Origin: Sedimentisphaerales bacterium
Lineage (GTDB): Bacteria > Planctomycetota > Phycisphaerae > Sedimentisphaerales > SM23-30
Length of the DNA: 64,000 nt
Direction of reading: 5' to 3'
Assembly: GCA_963662515.1 (NCBI GenBank)
Contig: OY759675.1
Span: 1,733,473 to 1,797,472 of the forward strand
Positions 42,381-51,765 of the stretch are shown in pieces; the stretch's first letter is position 1, and each line of letters begins with the position of its first letter. The position numbers and the translations under genes are program-made. Below the pieces are notes generated by a model. The model saw only the letters and a program-made list of their open reading frames with translations, ran no database searches and had not been told where the DNA came from.

Positions 42381-42932
42381 GTGAACAAGGCTGATATGGA
42401 AAAAGACAAAGACATAACAGAATCAAAAGCATTTCTGAGCCTGCTGGTACCAAATCAGCGGCGGATCCAGGCTTTTATACTTATGCTGGAGCCAAATGTG
42501 ACAGATGCGGAAGATATCTATCAGGAAACTTTGTCTGAAATGTGGAATAAATTTGACACCTTTGCTATAGGTACTGACTTTGTTGCCTGGGGAATTACTA
42601 TTGCTAAGTACAAAGTACTGACTCATCGTAAGAAAAAATACAATTCGAAGATGATGTTTAGTAGTGAGGTATTAGATATACTTGAGCAGGAAGCATTACC
42701 CAGAATCAGTTCAATGCAAAATCATATTGATGTGTTGAAAGACTGCCTGGGAAAACTTCCAGAAAAAGATGTAGATCTTTTAAAGCTGCGTTATGAAAAT
42801 GATATGACCCTCCAAAAAATATCTATGAGTATGGGTAAGAGTACACCTTCGATCCATAGATTAATGGCTGCAATACACTCCAAACTTGCTTTGTGTATTC
42901 GCCGGACTCTGAGATTGGAGGAAATGGCATGA
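42381..42932 (+). CDS. ECF-type RNA polymerase sigma factor (locus 2)
   Basis: Region 2 (DAEDIYQETLSEMWNKF...FVAWGITIAKYKVLTHRKK) and region 4 (MTLQKISMSMGKSTPSIHRLMAAI) are present. The start is either the GTG at 42381 or the ATG at 42396. Confidence 0.88.
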   Translation: MNKADMEKDKDITESKAFLSLLVPNQRRIQAFILMLEPNVTDAEDIYQETLSEMWNKFDTFAIGTDFVAWGITIAKYKVLTHRKKKYNSKMMFSSEVLDILEQEALPRISSMQNHIDVLKDCLGKLPEKDVDLLKLRYENDMTLQKISMSMGKSTPSIHRLMAAIHSKLALCIRRTLRLEEMA

Positions 42933-44614
42933 TGAAAGACCAGGAATTGATGTTGAAGGTTGCTGATCTTACCTTGCATGCCATGAACGGTACGCTCAGT
43001 CCTGAGCAGTTTGAGCAATTTCAGGAACTATTATCCCATAGTCAGGCGGCACGAGATTGCTATGCTGAGATACTCTGGACTCATATTGGACTGAATTCTA
43101 TGGAGGGAATATCTGGCTTACAGAGATTTGACCAGGGACTCTTGAATGCTATGCTTGAAGACGAGAGTCAGGCTCCTGCAATAGAGCTGAATACTGAAAA
43201 AGCCACTGAGGTGAAAGTCGCAACACAAAATCCGACAGTAAAGTCTGAGCCGGAGTTTTTACGACGGATCAGGCTTGTTATCGTTGCGGCTCTGGCTGCC
43301 GTTCTCATGATCGCCTTGTCGCCTCTTTATATGCCCGGCATGGCCGAAAAGGAAGTGGCCACTCTTACCGATAGTATCGATAGCTACTGGGCCAATATGA
43401 ACGGTGCTATTGCCAAAGGCACCAGGTTTACTGATGGCAGGGGTGTATGGAAGCTGGAGCGAGGTATGGCTCAGATACAGTTTGACTCTGATGTTCAATT
43501 GGTAGTTGAAGCACCAGCAGAGTTTCAGATCCTGGATAGTGACCGGATAAGTCTTGATCGTGGTAAAATCTATGCCGTGGTTGCTCCTAAAGGAATCGGA
43601 TTTACCGTTTTCACTGATAATGCCAGAATAACAGACCTTGGAACTGAATTTGGTGTTGAAGTCAGTGAAAAGCGAGACACTTTGCTGCATGTTATTAAAG
43701 GGCGGACGGTTCTGAAAACTGACAATAGTGCAGAAATTGAAGTAAATAAGGAATCAGCTAAGAAAATAGATAGTAATACCGGTAAGGTGTTTGATATTGT
43801 CTGCCAGGATGATCTTTTTGTCCGCGGTATAGACTCTGAACGGGACATTATCTGGCGTCAGCAGCCGGGGCTTGCTCTGGCAGATATTGTAGCTGGTGGA
43901 GATGGTTTAGGGCAAGTTGGTAAGGCCAGGGTTCTCAATCCGATCGATGCTAAATATCGCGATGCTGCTGATCTGGGGCTTCGCAAACCTAAAGGCATCT
44001 ATAATCTGATGTCAGATTCTCAGTTTGTTGATGGTGTGTTTGTTGTTGATCCCCACAACAGCGAGACAGTGGTAACTTCCAGTGGTATTAAGATAGACAC
44101 ACCTGATCTCGAGGGTGGTATAACTCATGGTATAGTTGCCTTTCGCGGGAAGATACAGGAAAAATTCCCGACTGTTCCCAATGTTGTGATCAATGGCAAA
44201 AGTTATGACAAAAATAATGTGATTATGATCCATAGTAATTGCGGTATAACTTTTGATCTTGAGACAATTCGGAATAATTACCCCGAATATGAGCTTGCCG
44301 GGTTCAGGTCACTGGCCTGTATATCAGAAACACTGGCTTCTCTTACTAAAAGGAAGGCTTTTGTTGACTTTTTCCTTCTGGTTGATGGTGAAGTCAGATA
44401 TCAGGTTATTGGCTTAAATGCTGTCTCTGAGGCTTTGAATGTTGAAGTTGAATTAAACCAAAATAACCGTTTCCTGACTATTATTGTGACAGATTGCCCG
44501 TCACTTTCAGATAGCAATTTCCCACACAACTGCGTCGATAATGATTTCTTTAATCTGATAGATCCTGAATTAGTGATCAAGAATAAATCAAATATTGTCG
44601 AGTACAGCAAGTAA
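42929..44614 (+). CDS. FecR-family anti-sigma factor with a long C-terminal extension (locus 2)
   Basis: An ATGA start/stop overlap with the sigma gene makes 42929 preferred over the ORF-track start at 42893. It has a TM helix (LVIVAALAAVLMIALSPLYM), a FecR domain (DLGTEFGVEVSEKRDTLLHVIKGRTVL) and a C-terminal extension colinear with that of 31491..33176. Confidence 0.85.
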   Translation: MMKDQELMLKVADLTLHAMNGTLSPEQFEQFQELLSHSQAARDCYAEILWTHIGLNSMEGISGLQRFDQGLLNAMLEDESQAPAIELNTEKATEVKVATQNPTVKSEPEFLRRIRLVIVAALAAVLMIALSPLYMPGMAEKEVATLTDSIDSYWANMNGAIAKGTRFTDGRGVWKLERGMAQIQFDSDVQLVVEAPAEFQILDSDRISLDRGKIYAVVAPKGIGFTVFTDNARITDLGTEFGVEVSEKRDTLLHVIKGRTVLKTDNSAEIEVNKESAKKIDSNTGKVFDIVCQDDLFVRGIDSERDIIWRQQPGLALADIVAGGDGLGQVGKARVLNPIDAKYRDAADLGLRKPKGIYNLMSDSQFVDGVFVVDPHNSETVVTSSGIKIDTPDLEGGITHGIVAFRGKIQEKFPTVPNVVINGKSYDKNNVIMIHSNCGITFDLETIRNNYPEYELAGFRSLACISETLASLTKRKAFVDFFLLVDGEVRYQVIGLNAVSEALNVEVELNQNNRFLTIIVTDCPSLSDSNFPHNCVDNDFFNLIDPELVIKNKSNIVEYSK

Positions 44615-44672
44615 GCATGGTATTGTATTTGTGGGTTCTTTTTTTCCAGGGCGTACTTTCTTGAGGACTAAG

Positions 44673-47600
44673 ATGAGAAGAGTAAGTTGGATTTTTCTTT
44701 TATCGTTGTTTTTATCAGACTATTGTCTGGCATTTCTAGCTGCTGATTCACTGGTTATGCATTATGATGCAGCTTCGCTTGCCGATAGCTATGTTAGCGG
44801 CAATAAGGTATCAGTATGGAAAGACAGTTCAGGTCATGGCAATAATGCACTTCAGGACAATGTGTCGGCTCAGCCGGTATATATTGGATCAGACCCGGCT
44901 TTTGATGATCTCCCCGTTCTTCGTTTTGATGGTGATAGCGATTGGCTAAAACTGTCATCAACAGCCATTAATGTCAGTTCTTATACAATGTTTGCGGTTG
45001 CCAGGCATGCCCGGATCGATCAGGAACAGTATATAATTGCTGGTCAGAATGGCGGCGGCGACAATCGCGCCAGAATGGGTATTGACCATGAGGGTAAGTT
45101 TGTCTGGCGTGCCGGCAGTTCAGATGTTGTTACTTCTGAAGCTGATACCAGGGTGCATATTTTTGCTGCTACCTCCGAGTTAGAGGCCTATCTTGATGGG
45201 AGACCAGTTGCCAGCAATGCCAACAGCTCTCGTCAATATCCGGCATCATTCAATCTGGGTTCATACAATCGAGGAGAAAAGGCATTCTTTTTAGGTGATA
45301 TCGCTGAAGTTATAGTTTTTAACCGTATTCTTACAGGCAAAGAGCTTAATGAGATCGGCTCATATCTGGAGGCGAAATATGGTCTTGATACTATTTACCG
45401 CCAAAAAGACAAGCATGTTATCGGTGTTTCACCATCTGACCAGACTTTCAATGTAGCTTTGGATAAGGTGCTTAGCTGGGAGGCTCCAGTTGGTGTGGTA
45501 AATCCTGCCTATAATGTTTATTTTGGGACAAATAAGGCCAAACTTGAGCTGGTTGCCGAAATGCAAAGTCAGACGGTTCTGGACCCATTTGGTCAGGCAC
45601 TGCTGGAACCTGGTCAAAGATATTACTGGAGAGTTGATATTGAAGGGATTGCTGATAAGGGTAATTTATATTCGTTTGTTACCAGAGAATCAGAGTCTGG
45701 ACAGTCAGCAAGACAGCTTCCTCCAGATATGTCCGATCTGTCTGGGAATAAAGACTCTGTCGGCGGTAATACTATTGTATCCAATAAGCCAGTTGAAGAT
45801 GGTTTTGCTATTGTGGCCGGAGGTCAGGTTTGTAATATATATGTTGATGAAAATGACTACGAGGTTTGTCGTCTGGCTGCTGATTTGTTGGCAGGTGATA
45901 TTGAGAGTGTTTGTGGTATAAGGCCGCAGGTTGTTAATGATCTGAAGTTGGCTAAATCTGATAATGTTATAATTATTGGTACATATAAACGCAGTAAGGT
46001 CGTAGATCAACTGGTGGAAAATGCCAGGATCAGTATTAAAGATATTGCAGGGCAATGGGAAACCTTTGCTCTGGAAACTGTTAATTTTCCACTTGATAAT
46101 GTTAAAAATGCATTGGTGATTTATGGTAGTGACAGACGCGGTACGGCTTATGGTGTTGTTGAACTCTCAGAAAAGATAGGTGTTTCACCCTGGAATTGGT
46201 TCTCAGATGTTCCGGTAAAATATCAGCCTGAATTATTTGTTCGTAGCGGCAGATTTAAACAGGGACCACCTTCGGTTAAATATCGTGGATTCTTTATCAA
46301 TGATGAAGACTGGGGACTGCATCCCTGGGCCAGATATACTTATTCACCCGAAGAAGGTAATATTGGCCCTGAGGCTCATAAAAGAATCTTTGAAATGATG
46401 TTAAGGCTTAAGGCCAATTATCTCTGGCCGGGAATGCACAGATGTACTAAGGCCTTCCATGCCTTTGCTGAAAATAAAGTGGTTGCCGATCAGTATGCGA
46501 TAGTTATGGGGTCTTCTCACTGTGAGCAGATGTCCAGAGATAATGAATGGGAATGGTATCGCTGGAGTCCTAAAGATGGCTCTGACAGAGGTGCATGGGA
46601 TTGGTGTACTAATTCCAATACTCTTATTGAGTATTGGCGTGATGCTGTCGCAGCAAATGGTCAATATGAGAATGTTTATACGACCGGTATGCGTGGCATA
46701 CATGATAGTGGTATGCCTTGTTCTGGTGCTACCAATGCACAGAAAGTACTTGCTATGCAGAATGAAGTATTCCCGGCACAGAGGAAAATGATCTCTGAGC
46801 TGGTGAATCCTGACCCAAGCAAAGTACCTCAGATATTCTGTCCTTATAAGGAAGTGCTTGGTTTGTATGATCTGGGCATGGATGTGCCGGATGATATTAC
46901 CCTGGTATGGCCAGACGATAATTATGGCTATATTCGCAGATTGTCTAATACGAAAGAACAAAGCAGATCTGGTAGTGCCGGAGTTTATTATCACTTCTCA
47001 TATCTGGGCCCACCAGAGGATTATCTCTGGCTCTACTCTACTCCTCTTGGTCTTATCTGGGAAGAGATGGTTAAGGCATATCAGTATGGAGCAGACAGAG
47101 TCTGGGTGTTTAATGCCGGAGATATTAAGCCGGCAGAGCTGGGACTGGACTATGCTATGCGTCTGGCCTGGAACATAGATAATTTTTCTCATGACAATAT
47201 CAGAGAATATCTCGAATTGTGGGCCTGGCAGCAGTTTGGCGTTGAACAGAGAAAAGAAATTGCTGATATATTGATCGAATATTTCCGATTGGCGCAAAAT
47301 CGTAAGCCAGAGCACATGTCATCTGGTGGATTTACATTTTCTATGACAGAATATGGAGATGAAGCCCAGAAGAGATTGCAGCAGTACGCCAATATTACTG
47401 ACAGAGCCAATAGTGTTTATGATAAACTGCCTGCAACCTGTCGTGATGCATTTTATCAACTGGTATTGTATCAGGTTCGCTGTGCTGATCTTATGAACCA
47501 GAAGATAATCAATGCCCACAGGAATATATATTACGCATCGCAGGGGCGTGTTTCTGCCAATTATTATGCGCAACTGGCACATAAGGCCTACGAGCAGATA

Positions 47601-49205
47601 ATTGCCGAGACCGATCATTATAATAATGTTATGTCAGATGGTAAATGGAAGTATGTAATGAGTTGGCAGCCTCGCCATATAGCTCCTTACTACAGGCCGG
47701 CAACTATTACTGTTGCACCAGATGGTCCTGCCAGTATGGGTGTAATTCTGGAAGGTCAGAGTAAGGCAATTACTGATACTCCTGTTGTTGGTGTTCCATA
47801 TTCTGATAATTTTGCTGATGGCTCAGCAGCCAACTGGCAGCCCTATAACCCAGGTCGCTGGACAGTCAGAAACAATGGCGGCATTAGTGAATTTGCGATT
47901 CAAGATGGTGATTATGATAATCGTTCAGGTGGGCGTCTGGGCGAGATTGCATTATTGCGAGATAAGATGTATGATTATTTTAACTTCAAGACAAAAGTAC
48001 GCCTTTGTGACAGAATGGAAGGTAACAGTTCAGCTGATGCCGCTGTAGTCTTTGGTTATCTTAATGAGATGAATTATTATTATTTTATTCTCAGCAGTAA
48101 AGATGTAACTAAAAACTCTTACGGTAGTGATACTGTTCTATTCCGGGTAGTAAATGGTGTCAGAGCTCATGTCCGTAGTTTCAGTCTGGCTGTCAGAGAT
48201 AATGATTATCATGACCTTGAGTTAGTAAATGATAAAGATGGACTGACAATCATTGTTGATGGTACAAATCTTGAGCACATTGCTCAGCGGTTCCCAGCTG
48301 GTCAGATCGGTATTGGTTCATATAATGATACCGCTGCATTCGCAGATGTTAAGATCGAACCAATCGTTGCTGATGATGTACTTGATATTCTTCCGGTATT
48401 TGATGTTTATACAAAAAACAGCCATTTTATTGATATTTACAATAAGGGCAAAGGGACATGTGACTGGTCTGCAACTGCTTCTGAACCATGGGTTAAACTG
48501 GACAGTACCTCTGGTAAGGTTGATTCTCAGCAGCGTGTCTGGGTTAGTCTTGATTGGTCTGCTGTGCCAGTTGGTACAAGCACCTCAGTTATTACTATAG
48601 CTGGACCAGATGGTAATGTTAGTGTAAGGCTTAATGCATTTAAGCCGGCTTCACCTGAGCCTGACCAACTTGATTGTGTAGTTGAATCTAATGGTTATGT
48701 AAGTCTGGAAGCAGAAAATTATACCAGGAAAACTGATCGCAATGGTGCTGCCTGGCAGGTTATTGATTCCTTTGGCAGTACCGGTGACACACTTACGGTT
48801 TTACCGTTTGATACCGCCAGTTGCAGCGATAGCACTAAGCTGTTGTCCCAAAGTCCTTCAGTGGAATATGATATGTATCTCTGGAGTTCTGGTCAAAAAG
48901 ATATCACTATCAGGGCAATACCTACTCATCCAATCAATTCAGAAATGAAGTTGAGATATGCTATAGCCTTTGACGACCAGCAACCGGTAATTGTTGATTA
49001 CGGTACACGGGAATGGTCACCTAAATGGTATCTTAATGTTTTGCAGGGTATTACTTTATCAACTGCCAAACTTAATATCGATCAGGCGGGTAAACATACC
49101 CTCAAAATCTGGATGGTAGATCCTGGTGTTGTACTTGACAAAATCATTGTTGGTAAGGCTCCTGTGAGCCATATGGGTCCTCCGCAAACAAATGTAATCA
49201 GATAG
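44673..49205 (+). CDS. Secreted LamG - WRVD module - glycoside hydrolase family 115 (alpha-glucuronidase type) with an inserted concanavalin-like (DUF1080-like) domain (P5)
   Basis: The start was moved to 44673 (MRRVSWIFLLSLFLSDYCLAFLAA). GH115 blocks are ALVIYGSDRRGTAYGVVELSEKIGVSPWNWFSDVPV, SVKYRGFFINDEDWGLHPWA, LRLKANYLWPGMH and VMGSSHCEQM. The N-terminal LamG is paralogous to that of P6. Confidence 0.85.
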   Translation: MRRVSWIFLLSLFLSDYCLAFLAADSLVMHYDAASLADSYVSGNKVSVWKDSSGHGNNALQDNVSAQPVYIGSDPAFDDLPVLRFDGDSDWLKLSSTAINVSSYTMFAVARHARIDQEQYIIAGQNGGGDNRARMGIDHEGKFVWRAGSSDVVTSEADTRVHIFAATSELEAYLDGRPVASNANSSRQYPASFNLGSYNRGEKAFFLGDIAEVIVFNRILTGKELNEIGSYLEAKYGLDTIYRQKDKHVIGVSPSDQTFNVALDKVLSWEAPVGVVNPAYNVYFGTNKAKLELVAEMQSQTVLDPFGQALLEPGQRYYWRVDIEGIADKGNLYSFVTRESESGQSARQLPPDMSDLSGNKDSVGGNTIVSNKPVEDGFAIVAGGQVCNIYVDENDYEVCRLAADLLAGDIESVCGIRPQVVNDLKLAKSDNVIIIGTYKRSKVVDQLVENARISIKDIAGQWETFALETVNFPLDNVKNALVIYGSDRRGTAYGVVELSEKIGVSPWNWFSDVPVKYQPELFVRSGRFKQGPPSVKYRGFFINDEDWGLHPWARYTYSPEEGNIGPEAHKRIFEMMLRLKANYLWPGMHRCTKAFHAFAENKVVADQYAIVMGSSHCEQMSRDNEWEWYRWSPKDGSDRGAWDWCTNSNTLIEYWRDAVAANGQYENVYTTGMRGIHDSGMPCSGATNAQKVLAMQNEVFPAQRKMISELVNPDPSKVPQIFCPYKEVLGLYDLGMDVPDDITLVWPDDNYGYIRRLSNTKEQSRSGSAGVYYHFSYLGPPEDYLWLYSTPLGLIWEEMVKAYQYGADRVWVFNAGDIKPAELGLDYAMRLAWNIDNFSHDNIREYLELWAWQQFGVEQRKEIADILIEYFRLAQNRKPEHMSSGGFTFSMTEYGDEAQKRLQQYANITDRANSVYDKLPATCRDAFYQLVLYQVRCADLMNQKIINAHRNIYYASQGRVSANYYAQLAHKAYEQIIAETDHYNNVMSDGKWKYVMSWQPRHIAPYYRPATITVAPDGPASMGVILEGQSKAITDTPVVGVPYSDNFADGSAANWQPYNPGRWTVRNNGGISEFAIQDGDYDNRSGGRLGEIALLRDKMYDYFNFKTKVRLCDRMEGNSSADAAVVFGYLNEMNYYYFILSSKDVTKNSYGSDTVLFRVVNGVRAHVRSFSLAVRDNDYHDLELVNDKDGLTIIVDGTNLEHIAQRFPAGQIGIGSYNDTAAFADVKIEPIVADDVLDILPVFDVYTKNSHFIDIYNKGKGTCDWSATASEPWVKLDSTSGKVDSQQRVWVSLDWSAVPVGTSTSVITIAGPDGNVSVRLNAFKPASPEPDQLDCVVESNGYVSLEAENYTRKTDRNGAAWQVIDSFGSTGDTLTVLPFDTASCSDSTKLLSQSPSVEYDMYLWSSGQKDITIRAIPTHPINSEMKLRYAIAFDDQQPVIVDYGTREWSPKWYLNVLQGITLSTAKLNIDQAGKHTLKIWMVDPGVVLDKIIVGKAPVSHMGPPQTNVIR

Positions 49206-49473
49206 TATCTGTTTTATATGAAGAGGATTGTTGTTCAATGTAAGTTGCAAGAGATATAGCTGGCAAGGTTGTAAGATATAGTGTGATACTGTCAGGTCAT
49301 TGAGTATATTATGCTCAAATTGGTCTTGGTTTTGGTCTGGCATGGTCTGACATTATATCTTACGGCCTGCATTCTCTTGATTTGTATCATATTAACTCTT
49401 AGTTGAAAGAAAGTTTTATCGTGTATTGTGTGTTTTAGTTTTAATCTTTAATTCAGAAAAAGGAAGGTTTGGA

Positions 49474-51648
49474 ATGAAGAAAGTAATTTCAATGTTGTTT
49501 GCGGTATTAGGAAGTGCCAGTTCGTTATTGGCGTTACCTGTGACCGACGGGCTGGTGATGAACCTGGATGCCGATGCGATCCCGAGTTCAGCGGTGGCTG
49601 TTGACGGTACGATCAGTACCTGGCTAGATATGTCAGGACAGGGTAATAGTGCTACCCAGACAGATGCTCTAAGGCGTCCGGTATTTATCAGTAATAATAT
49701 TGATATGAAAAATCGGGCCTGTGTTCGGTTCGATGGTGTTGATGACTGGATGCTGCTTAATGAGAATATGGTCAATGTTGGTTCATGTACAATGTTTGCT
49801 GTGGCAAAGGCCATTCGTACCACCGGCGAGCAGTATATTGTCGCAGGCCAGAGTCTTGTAGATGGTGTTGCACAGAACAATCGTTTGCGGTTTGCAACCA
49901 ATACTAATGCTTTTGAGTTTCGTGTTGGTAGTTCTGGTTCGTATAAAACTCCTGCTAATTCAGCTAATACAGATGTTCATGTATTTGGTCTTAACTCTGA
50001 CGCAAAGTTTTATATAGATGGCGTAAACTTTGCCAATGGTAGTAATATTTCAGTTATGAATCCAGCGAGTTTTAATATTGGTTCATATAATCGTGGTGCG
50101 AGAAACTTTTTCCAGGGTGATATAGCTGCGGTTGTGGTATTCAATCGCGTCTTGTCCGATACTGAGGTAGCCCTGATGAATGACTATTTCATTAATAAGT
50201 ATGTATTAGGTGCAAATTCACCTGATCCAGCTAATGGAGCTACTTCTGTTGGTACTCCGAGCGGTCCAGGTAATGTCTCATTTTCTCTTCAGTGGAATTC
50301 TGCTATTAGCGATGCCGATATAACAAAGGTTGATCCGCTGGTGAAGAAGCACATGGTATATCTGGGCGAAGGTGCAAGCGATGCCAATATGGTGCTTATT
50401 GCTGAGATCAATGTAACTGATTATAATACTGTAGCTAATTCTTATGGTCCACTAATTAAGCCTTATGACAAAACCTATACCTGGCGTGTTGATGAGATAC
50501 TCGCTGATGGTCAGGGTGGAGTGCGTCCGGTTGATGACCCTAATAATTATAAAGGTAAAAACTGGACTTTCGGTACTCTGCTGAGTGTTCCTGATATTAC
50601 TTCAGGCCCGACTTCAGCTCGATTCGATCTTAATGGAACAGCCCAGCTCAGTATCGCATACACAAGTATAAGTCCGGCTACAGCAATGTGGTATAAAGAT
50701 GGCCAGCCGGTTACTATTGGTGGCAGAATATCTGCGTCATTAGTAAATGGTGTTGCGACATTGAATCTGACTAATATGGTTATGGCCGATGAAGGCGATT
50801 ATTATTGTGTGCTTACCAGTTCAGGTGGTGTTACCACATCAGATTCTGCAACACTTATGACCAACAGGTTGCTGGCAAGCTATGCTTTTGAACAGAATCT
50901 CAATGATGGTACAGGTACAAATCATGGTTCACCAATGGAAAATCCATCATTTGTTGAAGGTATTTCCGGCAGCTATGCTGTTGCTTCGTCTGATGGTCTT
51001 GGTTATGTGCTTCTTTCTACTGATGCTTACCCCAAGGCAGGCTTTGCTAATGGACTTGAGCAGTTTACCTATTCTTTCTGGGTAAATCCTTCAGCTTCTT
51101 ATACTGGAGATGGCCGTATTATGGGTAACTTCAATGATGGCAGTAATACCGGTGTGCAGTTTGGTGTAAGTGGTGATGGTACTATCAAGACTTATTTAAG
51201 AGAGCAGAATAACAGAACCGTTGATGTATCTTCACCTGCTGGTACTGTTCCTGATGAACAGTGGTCACATGTTGCCATTACTTATACTGGCTCAGTATTC
51301 AGATATTTTCTTAATGGTACTATGATCCTTGAAAGAAATGTTACTACTCTTACAAACTTTGTTGACTGGCAGTATCCTCACTTTATTATGGCCAAGAACC
51401 TCAGAGGTACTGGGGTTACTGAGAAGTATCGCGGAAGTCTTGATGATCTCAGGATCTATAACTATGCGATGGATGAGTACCAGATAGCTGATCTGGTAAT
51501 TGACATTACAGGTGAGCCGGTGTGTATAGCTTCGGAGAGACCTGATGTGCTTGTCGATCTCAATAATGACTGTTCTATCGATCTTTCTGATCTGGCTTTA
51601 TTTGCCGGTGAATGGTTGAAAACAGGTATATACCAAAGTGGAAATTGA
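49474..51648 (+). CDS. Secreted modular protein P6: LamG - WRVD Fn3-like - Ig-like - LamG - dockerin-like tail
   Basis: The start was moved to 49474 (RBS AAAGGAAGG), giving the signal peptide MKKVISMLFAVLGSASSLLA. Other markers are YTWRVDE...GKNWTFGT, AMWYKDG...GDYYCVL, a LamG block (EQWSHVAITY...LDDLRIYNYAM) and the tail DLNNDCSIDLSDLALFAGEWLKTG. Confidence 0.78.
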   Translation: MKKVISMLFAVLGSASSLLALPVTDGLVMNLDADAIPSSAVAVDGTISTWLDMSGQGNSATQTDALRRPVFISNNIDMKNRACVRFDGVDDWMLLNENMVNVGSCTMFAVAKAIRTTGEQYIVAGQSLVDGVAQNNRLRFATNTNAFEFRVGSSGSYKTPANSANTDVHVFGLNSDAKFYIDGVNFANGSNISVMNPASFNIGSYNRGARNFFQGDIAAVVVFNRVLSDTEVALMNDYFINKYVLGANSPDPANGATSVGTPSGPGNVSFSLQWNSAISDADITKVDPLVKKHMVYLGEGASDANMVLIAEINVTDYNTVANSYGPLIKPYDKTYTWRVDEILADGQGGVRPVDDPNNYKGKNWTFGTLLSVPDITSGPTSARFDLNGTAQLSIAYTSISPATAMWYKDGQPVTIGGRISASLVNGVATLNLTNMVMADEGDYYCVLTSSGGVTTSDSATLMTNRLLASYAFEQNLNDGTGTNHGSPMENPSFVEGISGSYAVASSDGLGYVLLSTDAYPKAGFANGLEQFTYSFWVNPSASYTGDGRIMGNFNDGSNTGVQFGVSGDGTIKTYLREQNNRTVDVSSPAGTVPDEQWSHVAITYTGSVFRYFLNGTMILERNVTTLTNFVDWQYPHFIMAKNLRGTGVTEKYRGSLDDLRIYNYAMDEYQIADLVIDITGEPVCIASERPDVLVDLNNDCSIDLSDLALFAGEWLKTGIYQSGN

Positions 51649-51721
51649 CCATTTCTGATTTGGTATCCGCAATCGGAATGGTTGTGGATTGTAATAAAAC
51701 CTAATCCCCTTTTTTAATTAT

Positions 51722-51762
51722 AAACCCGACTGAGTGATTGAACTCAGTCGGGTTTATTTTTT
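51722..51762. terminator. Bidirectional rho-independent terminator between convergent genes
   Basis: AAACCCGACTGAGT-GATTGAA-CTCAGTCGGGTTT is followed by ATTTTTT and preceded by an A/T-rich run. Confidence 0.8.
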
Positions 51763-51765
51763 ATA

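Noticed and set aside
30860-49330. A shared GGTCA(C/T)A motif upstream of several genes in the two ECF loci (about 30872, 33216, 35417, 42335, 49303), considered as a candidate ECF -35 element
   Set aside because: I could not find a consistently spaced, conserved -10 partner. The motif is short, its distances to the start codons vary from about 45 to 170 nt, and it is absent upstream of P3, P4 and P5. It needs a proper motif search and 5'-end mapping.
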